Source: Candidatus Brocadiaceae bacterium (lineage in GTDB: Bacteria; Planctomycetota; Brocadiia; SM23-32). From it: a stretch of 64,000 nt of DNA. The stretch is taken from the NCBI GenBank assembly GCA_012728835.1, contig JAAYEJ010000045.1, positions 36,475 to 100,474 of the forward strand, written 5' to 3'. Made by a program: the position numbers and the translations under genes. This document shows, one piece after another, positions 44,767 to 54,857 of this stretch. The notes beneath the pieces were generated by a model that ran no database searches, had not been told where the DNA came from, and saw only the letters and a program-made list of their open reading frames with translations. Within the stretch, counting starts at the first letter, position 1, and every line of letters starts with the position of its first letter.

Positions 44767-46461
44767 ATGGCCACTCGCAAACCCATCGGGCAGCTGCTGT
44801 TGGAAAAGGGCCTTGTAGAGAAGGAGCAGATCCAGCGGGCTCTGGAGTATCAGCAGAAGTCGGGCGAGAAGCTGCGGCTGGGCGAGATCCTGGTCCGATT
44901 CGGATACGTCACCGCAACCGACGTCCTCAAGTGCGTCGGCGAGCAGTTCGACGTGCGCGTGGTGGACCTGAACAAGGTCCGGCCCGAGGTGGAGGCCGTC
45001 GACGCCGTCCCGCGCAACACCGCCCGGATGCACGGGATCCTGCCGCTGAAGAAGACAGGCAACGCGATCGTGGTCGCCATGGACGACCTGGACCTGTGCG
45101 CGATCGACAACCTGAAGTTCATCCTGAACATGGACGTCAAGCCGGTCCTGGCGGCCGCCGACGACATCAAGGACGCGATCGAGCGCTTCTACGGCGGCGA
45201 AGAGTCCACGATGGACAACATGCTGCGGGAGTTCACCGAGGGCGAGGCGGTCGCCGAGAACGGGACGACCCAGATGATCGGCGACGAGGGCGATGACGCC
45301 CCGCTGGTGCGCCTGGTGTTCCTGATCGTCAGCGACGCCGTCCAGGCGCGCGCCAGCGACATCCACGTGGAGCCGATGACCAACCGCCTGCGCGTCCGCT
45401 ACCGCATCGACGGCGTCTGCCAGGAGGTGGAGTCGCCCCCGAAGCGCCTGCAGAACTCGATCATCGCCCGCCTGAAGCTGATGGCCGGCATGGACCTGGC
45501 CGAGAAGCGGAAGCCGCAGGACGGCCGTATCCCGCTGGTCATCAACGGGCAGTCGCTCGACCTGCGTGTGAGCGACATCCCCACGACGGACGGCGAGAGC
45601 ATCGTCATGCGTATCCTGAGCAAGGAGGCCGCGCGCGTCAGCCTCGTGGAGCTGGGCTTCCACCCGTCCGACCTGGAACACTTCGAGCGCATCATCCGGC
45701 GGCCGAACGGCATCTTCCTGGTCACGGGCCCGACCGGCAGCGGCAAGACGACGACGCTCTACAGCGCCCTGAACGAACTGAACCGTCCGGACACGAAGAT
45801 CATCACCGCCGAGGACCCGATCGAGTACACGTTCCCCGGCATCAACCAGTCCCAGGTCCAGACGGACATCAACCGCACGTTCCCGGTCATCCTGCGCGCC
45901 ATGCTCCGGCAGGCGCCGGAGATCATCCTGGTCGGGGAGATCCGCGACGAGGAGACCGCCGAGATCGCCGTCCGGGCGGCCCTGACCGGCCACCTTGTCT
46001 TCAGCACCCTCCACACGAACGACGCCCCCAGCGCCATCCCCCGTCTGATCGACATGGGGATCAAGCCCTACATGGTCGCCTCGTCCGTGCAGGCCATCAT
46101 GGCCCAGCGGCTGATCCGGACGATCTGCACGAACTGCAAGGAGCCGTACGAGTATCCCGAACGCCAGCTCCGGGCCGTCGGGCTCGATCCGGAGAGCGTC
46201 GAAGGCATCACCCTCTACCGCGGCGCCGGCTGCAACCGCTGCAACGGGTCCGGCTATCACGGCCGGCTGGGCATCTTCGAACTCATGGAAATGAACGCGG
46301 ACCTGCGCAACCTGACGTTCGCCAAGGCCGCCACGGGCGAGATCCGCGAGAAGGCCCGCTCCTTCGGCATGCTGACCCTGATGGAAGACGGGCTGCGCAA
46401 GGTCATCCAGGGCGTCACGACGATCGACGAAATCCTGCGCGTCGCCGGAGGCGTGGAATAG
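44767..46461 (+). CDS. pilB: Type IV pilus/T2SS assembly ATPase (PilB/GspE) with MshEN-like N-terminus
   Basis: RLGEIL, ASDIHVEP, GPTGSGKTT, EDPIEY, GEIRD, TGHLVFSTLHTN, tetracysteine motif. Confidence 0.9.
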   Translation: MATRKPIGQLLLEKGLVEKEQIQRALEYQQKSGEKLRLGEILVRFGYVTATDVLKCVGEQFDVRVVDLNKVRPEVEAVDAVPRNTARMHGILPLKKTGNAIVVAMDDLDLCAIDNLKFILNMDVKPVLAAADDIKDAIERFYGGEESTMDNMLREFTEGEAVAENGTTQMIGDEGDDAPLVRLVFLIVSDAVQARASDIHVEPMTNRLRVRYRIDGVCQEVESPPKRLQNSIIARLKLMAGMDLAEKRKPQDGRIPLVINGQSLDLRVSDIPTTDGESIVMRILSKEAARVSLVELGFHPSDLEHFERIIRRPNGIFLVTGPTGSGKTTTLYSALNELNRPDTKIITAEDPIEYTFPGINQSQVQTDINRTFPVILRAMLRQAPEIILVGEIRDEETAEIAVRAALTGHLVFSTLHTNDAPSAIPRLIDMGIKPYMVASSVQAIMAQRLIRTICTNCKEPYEYPERQLRAVGLDPESVEGITLYRGAGCNRCNGSGYHGRLGIFELMEMNADLRNLTFAKAATGEIREKARSFGMLTLMEDGLRKVIQGVTTIDEILRVAGGVE

Positions 46462-46553
46462 GAGCCGGTCGGCGCCGAACGGGTCGCACGGCGCCGGCGG
46501 GAGGGTCCTGCCGGTGCTCGTAATGGTACCTTCAGTCCAGGTGTTCGCCGACT

Positions 46554-47618
46554 ATGATCCAGATTGACAAGCTGCTGTCCACCGCCATCAAGCGCGAGGC
46601 CGAGGACATCGTGCTGACCGTCGGCCGGCCGCCGATGCTGCGCTTGAACGGAGCCCTGGAGCCCCTGGCAACCCAGACGCTGACCAGCGAAGACACGACC
46701 GGGCTGGTCAAGTCCATCGCCTCCGAACGGTATCAGCAGGAACTGCAGGAGATGGGGTCGGCCGACTTCGGCTTCAACTTCCAGGACAAGGCCGCCTTCC
46801 GCGTCGGTGCCTTCCGTCAGCAGGGTCGCATCGCCATCGTCCTGCGGATGATCCCCTCGAAGATCCGGACCTTCAGCGAACTGGGGCTCGGCCCCGTCGT
46901 GCAGGAGTTGCTGTTCCGCCCCCGCGGCCTGGTCCTGGTCACCGGCCCGACCGGCAGCGGCAAGACCACGACGCTGGCCACGATGGTGGACCACATCAAC
47001 AACAACCGCAAGGTGCACATCCTGACGATCGAGGACCCGATCGAGTACCGGCACCCGCATCGCAAGAGCATCGTCAGCCAGCGCGAGGTGGGCGTGGACG
47101 TGCCGGCATTCGGCGAGGCCCTGCGCCGCGCCCTGCGGGAGTCGCCGGACGTGATCCTGGTCGGCGAGATGCGGGACCTGGACAGCACCCGCCTGGCCAT
47201 CAGCGCCGCCGAAACCGGCCACCTGGTCCTGTCGACCGTCCACACGCAGAGCGCACAGAGCACCGTCGAGCGGATCATCGACGAGTTCCCGCCCCAGCAG
47301 CAGGCGCAGATCCGCATCCAGCTCGCCAACAGCCTGCTGGCCGTGCTGGCGCAGACGCTCGTGCCGCGCCTCGGCGGAGGCATGGTGGCCGCCTACGAAG
47401 TGCTGCTGGTCACCAACGCCGTGCGCCACCTGATCCGCGACAACAAGACGTTCCGCATCGACTCGACGATCCAGACGGGCCGCGACCGGGGCATGCAGCT
47501 GCTCGACGATCACCTGCTGCAGCTCTACAAGGAAGGCATCATCGAGCGCACCGACGTGCTGACCCGCTGCCGCTACCCGGAGGAGGTCTCCAACAGCCTC
47601 AAGGCCCTGGAGGTCTGA
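46554..47618 (+). CDS. pilT: Type IV pilus retraction ATPase
   Basis: GPTGSGKTTT, TIEDPIEY, QREVG, ALRESPDVILVGEMRD, AETGHLV, AVRHLIRD, GMQ. Confidence 0.93.
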   Translation: MIQIDKLLSTAIKREAEDIVLTVGRPPMLRLNGALEPLATQTLTSEDTTGLVKSIASERYQQELQEMGSADFGFNFQDKAAFRVGAFRQQGRIAIVLRMIPSKIRTFSELGLGPVVQELLFRPRGLVLVTGPTGSGKTTTLATMVDHINNNRKVHILTIEDPIEYRHPHRKSIVSQREVGVDVPAFGEALRRALRESPDVILVGEMRDLDSTRLAISAAETGHLVLSTVHTQSAQSTVERIIDEFPPQQQAQIRIQLANSLLAVLAQTLVPRLGGGMVAAYEVLLVTNAVRHLIRDNKTFRIDSTIQTGRDRGMQLLDDHLLQLYKEGIIERTDVLTRCRYPEEVSNSLKALEV

Positions 47619-47656
47619 CATCCCGCTCAGGTAACCCGTTGGGGTGGAAACAAGCA

Positions 47657-49384
47657 ATGGCGCAAGACCGCGAGAGACGCAGGAAGCTGCTGGGCCGGAT
47701 CCTGAAAGAGATGAACCTGGTCACCGAGAGCCAGATTCAGGAAGCGCTCGCCATCCAGAAGCAGTCCGGCGGCGCCATCGGCGAGGTCCTTGTCGAGCGC
47801 GGCTACATCACGCGGGACGACCTGACCCTTGCGCTGGCCAGCCAGGCCGGCATGGAAGTGGTCGAACTGGATGACCTGGACATCCCCGCCGAGGTCATCA
47901 GCCGCGTCTCCCCCTCGGTCGCCCAGGTCTACAAGGTCGTGCCCGTCCGCTTCCGCGACGGCGTGCTCACCGTCGCCCTGGCCGACCCGACACACCTGAA
48001 GACCCTGGACGACCTGCGCTTCCTGCTCAACTGTGACCTGCGCGGCGCCGTGGCGACCCCCGCCTCCGTCGACCGCGCGATGAGGAAGTACTACGACACG
48101 CAGGAGAACGTCTCCGACGTCCTGAGCCAGCTCCAGGAAGACGTCGAGGAGGCGTTCCAGGACCTGCCCGACACGAGCCAGTCCATCGAGCTGGAAAGCC
48201 TCGAGGAAATGGCCAACATCGCGCCCGTGATTCGGCTCCTGAACCTGATCCTCCTGCAGGCCATCCAGGACCGCGCCAGCGACATCCACTTCGAGCCGTT
48301 CGAGGACGAGTTCAAGGTCCGCTACCGCGTCGACGGCGTCCTCTACGAAATGGTGCCCCCTCCCAAGCACCTCCACGTGGCCATCACCAGCCGTATCAAG
48401 GTCATGACCGGCTCCATGGACATCGCCGAGCGGCGCGTCCCTCAGGACGGCCGGATCGAGCTGAACATCCTCGGCAGCCCGGTCGACCTGCGTGTCTCCA
48501 CCCTGCCCACGATGTTCGGCGAAAGCGTCGTGCTGCGCGTGCTGGACCGCCGCATGGTCGCGCTGGACGTCAACGAGCTGGGCCTGCGGCGCATCGACAT
48601 GGACGGCCTGATGGCGCTGGTCAACCGGCCGCACGGCATCGTCCTGTGCACCGGCCCCACCGGCTCCGGGAAGACCACCACACTCTACGCGGCGCTCAAG
48701 GAGCGCAACGACATCGGCACGAAGATCATCACGGCCGAAGATCCCGTCGAATACGACATCGAGGGGATCATGCAGATGGAGGTCCACCCCGAGATCGGCG
48801 TGGAGTTCGCCACGGCCATGCGCTTCTTCCTGCGCCAGGATCCCGACGTGATCCTCGTCGGCGAGATCCGCGACCGCGAAACCGGCGAAATGGCCATCCA
48901 GGCCTCGCTGACCGGCCACCTCGTCTTCAGCACCCTCCACACCAACGACGCCCCGACGGCCATCACGCGTCTGATCGACCTGGGCCTGGAGCCCTACCTG
49001 ATCAACGCCACACTCGAGGGCATCATCGCCCAGCGCCTCGTGCGCCGCATCTGCGCCAACTGCCGCGAGGAGTACGAGCCGACGCCCGACGCCATCCTGT
49101 CCATCGGTGTGCGCCCCGAAGACGTCAAAGGCAAGAAGTTCTACCGCGGCCGCGGCTGCGACCGGTGCAACAACATCGGCTACTACGGCCGTATGGGGGT
49201 CTTCGAGGTGCTCGTCATCAACGACGAGCTGCGCGAGATGATGCTCTCGGGCGCCTCGACGCAGGAGATCCGCTCGGCCGCCCGCCGCACCGGCTGCCGC
49301 TCCCTGCGCCAGAGCGGCCTGCTGGCCATCTACGACGGCCAGACCACCATCGAGGAGATCTCCCGCTCCACCATCGCCGAGTAA
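47657..49384 (+). CDS. pilB: Second PilB/GspE family ATPase
   Basis: LLGRIL, ASDIHFEP, GPTGSGKTT, LRQDPDVILVGEIRD, CxxC..CxxC. Confidence 0.9.
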   Translation: MAQDRERRRKLLGRILKEMNLVTESQIQEALAIQKQSGGAIGEVLVERGYITRDDLTLALASQAGMEVVELDDLDIPAEVISRVSPSVAQVYKVVPVRFRDGVLTVALADPTHLKTLDDLRFLLNCDLRGAVATPASVDRAMRKYYDTQENVSDVLSQLQEDVEEAFQDLPDTSQSIELESLEEMANIAPVIRLLNLILLQAIQDRASDIHFEPFEDEFKVRYRVDGVLYEMVPPPKHLHVAITSRIKVMTGSMDIAERRVPQDGRIELNILGSPVDLRVSTLPTMFGESVVLRVLDRRMVALDVNELGLRRIDMDGLMALVNRPHGIVLCTGPTGSGKTTTLYAALKERNDIGTKIITAEDPVEYDIEGIMQMEVHPEIGVEFATAMRFFLRQDPDVILVGEIRDRETGEMAIQASLTGHLVFSTLHTNDAPTAITRLIDLGLEPYLINATLEGIIAQRLVRRICANCREEYEPTPDAILSIGVRPEDVKGKKFYRGRGCDRCNNIGYYGRMGVFEVLVINDELREMMLSGASTQEIRSAARRTGCRSLRQSGLLAIYDGQTTIEEISRSTIAE

Positions 49385-49532
49385 CCGGCGGCACGAGGAG
49401 ATCCAGATCGCTGGCATCCTCAGATTCGCCCCGAACGACGGCCCCAAAGACGCGCACGTCGCGGGCGCCGTGCGTGGCGGCGATACGGAGGATCGCTTCG
49501 CGTCTCTTCACTATGTCGGAGTAAGCAGCCAT
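49385..49532 (-). pseudogene. Truncated minimal nucleotidyltransferase (MNT antitoxin-like)
   Basis: KRREAILRIAATHGARDVRVFGAVVRGESEDASDLDLLV, then homology breaks at the pilB stop; G-S motif altered to G-A. Confidence 0.75.
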
Positions 49533-49606
49533 CGAATCCACCTTCACGGGAAACGATGCCGTTCTACCACCCGAGCCCGTGCTGCCTCCACCTGTCGATG
49601 GCCCGC

Positions 49607-50191
49607 TCACGCGCCGGCGAGAAGCATCTCGATGCCGCGGCGCACGATCATGACGCCGATGGCCGCCAGGAGCAGGCTGGCCAGCTTCGAGAGGGCCTTC
49701 GAGCCCGCCTTGCCCAGCACCCGGTTCAGCCCCGGCGAGACCCAGAACAGCCCCCCGGCGATCAGCACGTTCACCGTCAGCGCCGCGGCCGTCGGCACGA
49801 TCCCGTGCTGATTCAGCAGCAGCAGGGACGTTGTCAGGACGGCCGGCCCTGCGATGAGCGGTACCCCGAGCGGCACGGCCCCCAGGCTGTCCGGATCGAC
49901 CTGCCGCTCCGTCTTCTCCACCGTCACCAGGTCGCGCACGGACAGCACGAACAGCAGCGTGCCGCCGGCCACCATGAAGTCGGCGATCGAGACTCCCAGC
50001 AGCGCGAGCACCGCCTTGCCCACGGCCAGGAACAGCAGCCCCACGGCCAGGGCGACCACCAGCGATTGCAGGATGATCCGATGCAGGCGCGGCCCGCTCA
50101 GCCCCTCCGTCAGCCCCACGAACATCGGCGTCACGCCCATGGCGTCCACGGCCACGAACAGCGGAACGAAGCAGAGCCAGAAGTCCCTCAC
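49607..50191 (-). CDS. MarC family membrane protein
   Basis: FVPLFVAVDAMG, FMVAGG, VPLGVPLIAGPA, LAAIGVMI. Confidence 0.9.
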   Translation of the reverse strand: MRDFWLCFVPLFVAVDAMGVTPMFVGLTEGLSGPRLHRIILQSLVVALAVGLLFLAVGKAVLALLGVSIADFMVAGGTLLFVLSVRDLVTVEKTERQVDPDSLGAVPLGVPLIAGPAVLTTSLLLLNQHGIVPTAAALTVNVLIAGGLFWVSPGLNRVLGKAGSKALSKLASLLLAAIGVMIVRRGIEMLLAGA

Positions 50192-50886
50192 GGCCGCCCC
50201 TCCCCTTCCGGCGCCTCCACGTCCAGCAGCCGCGCGATCAGCCCCGGCAACTCGCACGCGCTCTGCGCCAGGGCATCGGCGGCCGACAGATCCGCGGCGG
50301 TGCCCATGCCGTAGGTGACGCCGATGGCGGGCAGACCGCCGGCGTGCGCCGCGTCCACGTCGATCTCGCGGTCGCCGACCATCACGGCCGGGCGAGCGGG
50401 CAGGCGCACGAGCAGTTCACGGATCATGGATGCCTTGCTGTCGCCGTCGCGCTCCAGGTGACGGATTGCGCTGAAGAACGGCCGCAAACCGAACCCGTCG
50501 ACGACGGCGTCCACGTAGGGCTTCGGGCCGTTCGTGCAGATGGCCAGCGTCGTGCCCTGCGCGCGGAGGGCAGCGAGGACCTCCGGCACGCCCGGGTACA
50601 GCCCGCCGGCCTCGGTGACCAGAGCGGTCTCGCGGTCGTCCACCTCCGCCGCGATGCGCGGGCCGAGGTCCGGCCCGGCCAGGGAGCACAGCCAGGCGTG
50701 CAGTTCGGGCGTCGGCCGGCCGATGAACGGCCGGATCGCCTCGGGAGGCGGCGCCGGCAGGCCGTGCGCCTCGAAGGTGCGCTGCACGGCCGGCACCGTC
50801 ACGACGTCCGCCCGGAAAAGCGTGCCGTCCAGGTCGAATATGGCAAGTCCCCTGCGCGTCATGACGCTCCTGTCCGTGATCCCCAT
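50188..50886 (-). CDS. HAD family hydrolase
   Basis: IFDLDGTL, ICTNG, K, MVGDREID. Confidence 0.9.
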   Translation of the reverse strand: MGITDRSVMTRRGLAIFDLDGTLFRADVVTVPAVQRTFEAHGLPAPPPEAIRPFIGRPTPELHAWLCSLAGPDLGPRIAAEVDDRETALVTEAGGLYPGVPEVLAALRAQGTTLAICTNGPKPYVDAVVDGFGLRPFFSAIRHLERDGDSKASMIRELLVRLPARPAVMVGDREIDVDAAHAGGLPAIGVTYGMGTAADLSAADALAQSACELPGLIARLLDVEAPEGEGRP

Positions 50887-51010
50887 CTCACCGTCGCGGC
50901 CACCACAGCATACGCGCACCCGCGGGCCGATGCACGTGCATGCGACACTTGCAGGAAGGGCCGCATTTGCGGATAATGTTCCGGCCCCTATCCTGCGTAA
51001 GGACCGCAGC

Positions 51011-52408
51011 ATGCGATACGTCTCCACACGCGGCGGCGTGGCGCCGATCGCCTTCCAGCCGGCTGTGCTGATGGGGCTGGCTGACGACGGCGGCCTGCTG
51101 ATCCCGGAGTCCATCCCCGACGTTTCCGACCGCCTCGACGACTGGCGGGCGCTGGACTATCCCGCCCTCGCGTTCGAGGTCATGCGCCTGTACGCCACGG
51201 ATGTGCCGGACGAGGGACTGCGCACGCTGGTCGAGGCGACCTACGGGGCATCATACGGCGGGCCGGTTGCGCCCACGGTGCAGGCGGGCCCGCTGCACGT
51301 GCTGGAGCTGTTCCACGGGCCGACGCTGGCCTTCAAGGACGTCGCGCTGCAGTTCCTGGGCAACCTGTTCTCGCATATCCTCGGCCGCACGGGCCGCCGT
51401 CTGAACATCCTGTGCGCCACCAGCGGCGACACCGGCAGCGCCGCCATCTACGGCTGCCGCGGCCGCCCGGGCATCGACATCTTCATCCTGCACCCGCACG
51501 GACGCGTCTCGCCGATTCAGGAACGTCAGATGACGACGGTCCTGGACGAGAACGTCCACAACATCGCGATCGAGGGCATCTTCGACGACTGCCAGGCCAT
51601 CGTGAAGACGCTCGCCTCGGACCTCGAGTTCAAGGCGGCCGCCTCGCTCGGGGCCGTCAACTCCATCAACTGGGCGCGCGTGCTGGCACAGATCGTGTAC
51701 TACTTCCGCGCCTGCTTCGACACCTGTGCGGCCACCGGCGCCGACCGCGTCCGCTTCTGCGTGCCGACGGGCAACTTCGGCGACATCCTGGCGGCCTGGT
51801 ACGCCCTGCGCATGGGCCTCCCCATCGAACGCCTGATCCTGGCCACGAACGAGAACGACATCCTGGCCGGCTTCTTCCGCACCGGACGCTACGAACGCGG
51901 CGCGCTCCACAGAACCCTGGCCCCGGCGATGGACATCCAGGTCTCCAGCAACTTCGAGCGCTACCTCTATCACCGGGTCGGACGCGACGCCGGCCGGCTC
52001 CGCACGCTGATGCAGGAGTTCGCACGCTCGGGCGCCCTGGCCATCGATCCCGGGCCGGACGGCGTCGTCGATGCGGAGTTCGTTGCGGATTCATGCACCA
52101 TGGACGACTGCCTGGACACGATCCGCCGCTGGCACCGGGACCACGGCTACCTGCTGGACCCGCACACGGCCGTCGGCGTGGCGGTCGCCGCGCGGCGCAT
52201 CGCCGCGCGGCAGGATGCCGGCAGCCCCATCGTCTGCGTCGGCACGGCCCATCCGGCCAAGTTCCCGGACGCCATTCGCCGGGCCACGGGCCGGGACCCG
52301 GCGCCTCACCCGGCCATCGACGCCCTCATGGACCGGCCGACGCGCTGCGCTGTGCTCCCCAACGACCCGGAGGCCGTCCGTCGGGCCATCCTCAGCGCCC
52401 TGGCGTGA
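51011..52408 (+). CDS. thrC: Threonine synthase
   Basis: MRYVSTRG, GLADDGGL, ELFHGPTLAFKD, ATSGDTGSAA, NSINWAR, VPTGNFG, DPHTA, TAHPAKF. Confidence 0.96.
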   Translation: MRYVSTRGGVAPIAFQPAVLMGLADDGGLLIPESIPDVSDRLDDWRALDYPALAFEVMRLYATDVPDEGLRTLVEATYGASYGGPVAPTVQAGPLHVLELFHGPTLAFKDVALQFLGNLFSHILGRTGRRLNILCATSGDTGSAAIYGCRGRPGIDIFILHPHGRVSPIQERQMTTVLDENVHNIAIEGIFDDCQAIVKTLASDLEFKAAASLGAVNSINWARVLAQIVYYFRACFDTCAATGADRVRFCVPTGNFGDILAAWYALRMGLPIERLILATNENDILAGFFRTGRYERGALHRTLAPAMDIQVSSNFERYLYHRVGRDAGRLRTLMQEFARSGALAIDPGPDGVVDAEFVADSCTMDDCLDTIRRWHRDHGYLLDPHTAVGVAVAARRIAARQDAGSPIVCVGTAHPAKFPDAIRRATGRDPAPHPAIDALMDRPTRCAVLPNDPEAVRRAILSALA

Positions 52409-52449
52409 GAGGGCGCAGCTGGCCAGGACTCGGTGCGCGCGCGGTCCCT

Positions 52450-52478
52450 TTGCGCGTGCCGGACTCGGGCAGTATAAT
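52450..52478 (+). promoter_or_regulatory. Sigma70-type promoter upstream of thiC
   Basis: TTGCGC-17 nt-TATAAT. Confidence 0.55.
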
Positions 52479-52565
52479 CGCCTCGGGCCGGCATCCGCCG
52501 TGTGTCCACTCTCGAATCGGCCTGCGGACGGCCGGCGACCGGCCGGATTGCGGAGCAGTATCATT

Positions 52566-53837
52566 ATGACACAGCTTCAGACTGCCAGAGACGGCCGGAT
52601 CACCCCCCTCATGCGCGAGGCCGCCGCCGCCGAGGGCCTGGAGGCGGAGGAACTGCGCCGGCGGATCGCGGACGGTTCCGTGGTCCTGCCGGCCAACGTC
52701 GCCCGACCCGGCCTCCGCGCGGTGCCCATCGGCGCAGGGCTCCGCACGAAGGTGAATGCCAACATCGGCACCTCGCCGGACGGTGGGAGCATGGCGGGGG
52801 AGCTGGAGAAGCTCCGGCGCGCCGTCGAAGCCGGCGCCGATGCCGTCATGGACCTGAGCACGGGCAGCGATCTGGACGCCGTGCGGGATGCGGTGGCGGC
52901 GCACTGCCCGGTGCCGCTGGGCACGGTGCCCATCTACCAGGCCGCCATCGAAGCCGGCGGGCCGGAGAAGCTGACCGCCGCCGGCTACCTGAGGGCATTC
53001 GAACGGCACGCGGCCGGCGGCGTGGACTTCGCCACCGTGCATGCGGGCGTCCGGCGGGCCGCCATGCCGCTGGTCGAACGCCGCGTAATGGGCGCCGTCA
53101 GCCGGGGCGGCGTCTTCCTGCTCAAATGGATGGCCGCGCACGGACGGGAGAGCTTCCTGTACGAGCAGTTCGACGACGTCCTGGCGATCGCCCGTGCGCA
53201 CGACGTGACGATCAGCCTGGGCGACGGCCTTCGGCCCGGCTGCATCGAAGACGCGACCGATGAGGCCCAGCTTCACGAGCTGTCCGTGCTGGGCGAGCTG
53301 ACTCAGCGCTGCCGCGAGGCGGGCGTGCAGGTCATGGTCGAGGGGCCGGGACACGTCCCGTTGAACGAGATCGAGCGGAACGTGCGCCTGGCCAAGGAAC
53401 GGTGCGCCGGAGCGCCGTTCTACGTGCTCGGCCCGCTGCCGACGGACGTGGCGCCCGGCTTCGACCACGTGGTGGCCGCCATCGGCGGCGCGCTGGCGGG
53501 CGCCCATGGGGCCGACTTCCTCTGCTACGTCACGCCGAAGGAACACGTGGGGCTGCCGGGCCCCGAGGACGTGGCCCAGGGCGTGACGACGGCCCGCATC
53601 GCGGCCCACGTCGCAGACGTGGCCAAGGGCGTCCGAGGCGCCCGCGAGTGGGACGGCGCCATGGCCCGGGCCCGCGCCGCACGCGACTGGAGCGCCATGG
53701 CCGAGCATGCGCTGAGCCCCGACCGGTTCTCCGAGATGCTGGCCGGCGAGAAGAAGGAAGACCGCTGCTCCATGTGCGGCGAGTTCTGCGCCGTCAAACT
53801 CTACATGGACGACCTCGGCAGGCGGACAGAGGGCTGA
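52566..53837 (+). CDS. thiC: Phosphomethylpyrimidine synthase (short form)
   Basis: TKVNANIGTS, MDLSTG, GTVPIYQ, VSRGG, SLGDGLRPG, EGPGHVP, CYVTPKEH, CSMCGEFC. Confidence 0.9.
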   Translation: MTQLQTARDGRITPLMREAAAAEGLEAEELRRRIADGSVVLPANVARPGLRAVPIGAGLRTKVNANIGTSPDGGSMAGELEKLRRAVEAGADAVMDLSTGSDLDAVRDAVAAHCPVPLGTVPIYQAAIEAGGPEKLTAAGYLRAFERHAAGGVDFATVHAGVRRAAMPLVERRVMGAVSRGGVFLLKWMAAHGRESFLYEQFDDVLAIARAHDVTISLGDGLRPGCIEDATDEAQLHELSVLGELTQRCREAGVQVMVEGPGHVPLNEIERNVRLAKERCAGAPFYVLGPLPTDVAPGFDHVVAAIGGALAGAHGADFLCYVTPKEHVGLPGPEDVAQGVTTARIAAHVADVAKGVRGAREWDGAMARARAARDWSAMAEHALSPDRFSEMLAGEKKEDRCSMCGEFCAVKLYMDDLGRRTEG

Positions 53838-53892
53838 GGGCGCCGTTCGGGCGGACGGGGGCGCGAATCCCCCGGGCTGCCGGGGAGGACAT

Positions 53893-54816
53893 ATGGGGAG
53901 CTTCGACACGGATGTCTCGGTTCTCAGGGAAGAGATCGCCGAGCTGCGGCACACGCGCAACGCCGTCATCCTCGCGCACTACTACCAGCGGCCGTCGGTC
54001 CAGCACATGGCCGACTACACCGGCGACTCCCTGGAGCTGAGCCGGATCGCTGCCGAGACGAGTGCGGACGTCATCGTCTTCTGTGGCGTGCGCTTCATGG
54101 CCGAGACGGCCGCCATCGTCAACCCCACGCGCACCGTTCTGCTGCCCGAGCCGGCGGCGGGATGCGGCCTGGCCGAGATGGCCGGCGCGGAACTGATCCG
54201 GCGCAGACGCGGCGAACTCCCCGCCAACACCGCCGTGGTCAGCTACGTCAACACCTCCGCCGAGGTCAAGGCGGAATCCGACATCTGCTGCACCTCCGCC
54301 AACGCGGTCGCCGTCGTCGAGTCCCTCCCCCACGAACACATCCTGTTCGTCCCGGACCGCAACCTGGCCTCATACGTGGCCGAACAGACCGATAAGCACA
54401 TCATCCCCTGGGACGGGCACTGCTACGTGCACGATCCCAACATCAGCACGGGCACCGTGCGCGAGCTGAAGCGCCTCCACCCGCACGCCGTCGCCATGGC
54501 CCATCCGGAGTGCAATCCCGCCGTGCGACGTCTGGCGGATTTCGTCGGCAGCACCTCCCAGATGCTTCGCTACGCGGCCGAATCGGAGAAGGACTCGTTC
54601 ATCGTCGCCACCGAAGAGGGGTTCGTCCAGACCCTGCTGGACCGCAATCCGCAGAAGGAGTTCTTCTCGACCGGGAGCGTCTGCGCGTCCATGCACCTGA
54701 CCACGCTGACATCCGTCCGCCGGGCCCTCGACCGCATGAGCAACGTCATCCGGGTGCCCGAACCCGTGCGGGAGAAGGCGGCCGCCGCGCTGAACCGCAT
54801 GCTGGAAGTCCGGTAG
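53893..54816 (+). CDS. nadA: Quinolinate synthase
   Basis: ILAHYYQ, GDSLEL, FCGVRFMAE, AGC, YVNTSA, CTSANA, CYVH, HPEC, GSTS, TE, C..M. Confidence 0.95.
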   Translation: MGSFDTDVSVLREEIAELRHTRNAVILAHYYQRPSVQHMADYTGDSLELSRIAAETSADVIVFCGVRFMAETAAIVNPTRTVLLPEPAAGCGLAEMAGAELIRRRRGELPANTAVVSYVNTSAEVKAESDICCTSANAVAVVESLPHEHILFVPDRNLASYVAEQTDKHIIPWDGHCYVHDPNISTGTVRELKRLHPHAVAMAHPECNPAVRRLADFVGSTSQMLRYAAESEKDSFIVATEEGFVQTLLDRNPQKEFFSTGSVCASMHLTTLTSVRRALDRMSNVIRVPEPVREKAAAALNRMLEVR

Positions 54817-54857
54817 ATGCCCGCCGCCCGGCCGCTCGAGGCGGGGGGAGAGCGCCC

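Noticed and set aside
52409..52565. TPP riboswitch upstream of thiC
   Set aside because: No CTGAGA or other TPP core motif in the leader after the predicted promoter
52566..53837. bzaA/bzaB/bzaF instead of thiC
   Set aside because: No cobalamin genes or B12 riboswitch nearby; cannot be excluded without a phylogeny, so thiC is kept
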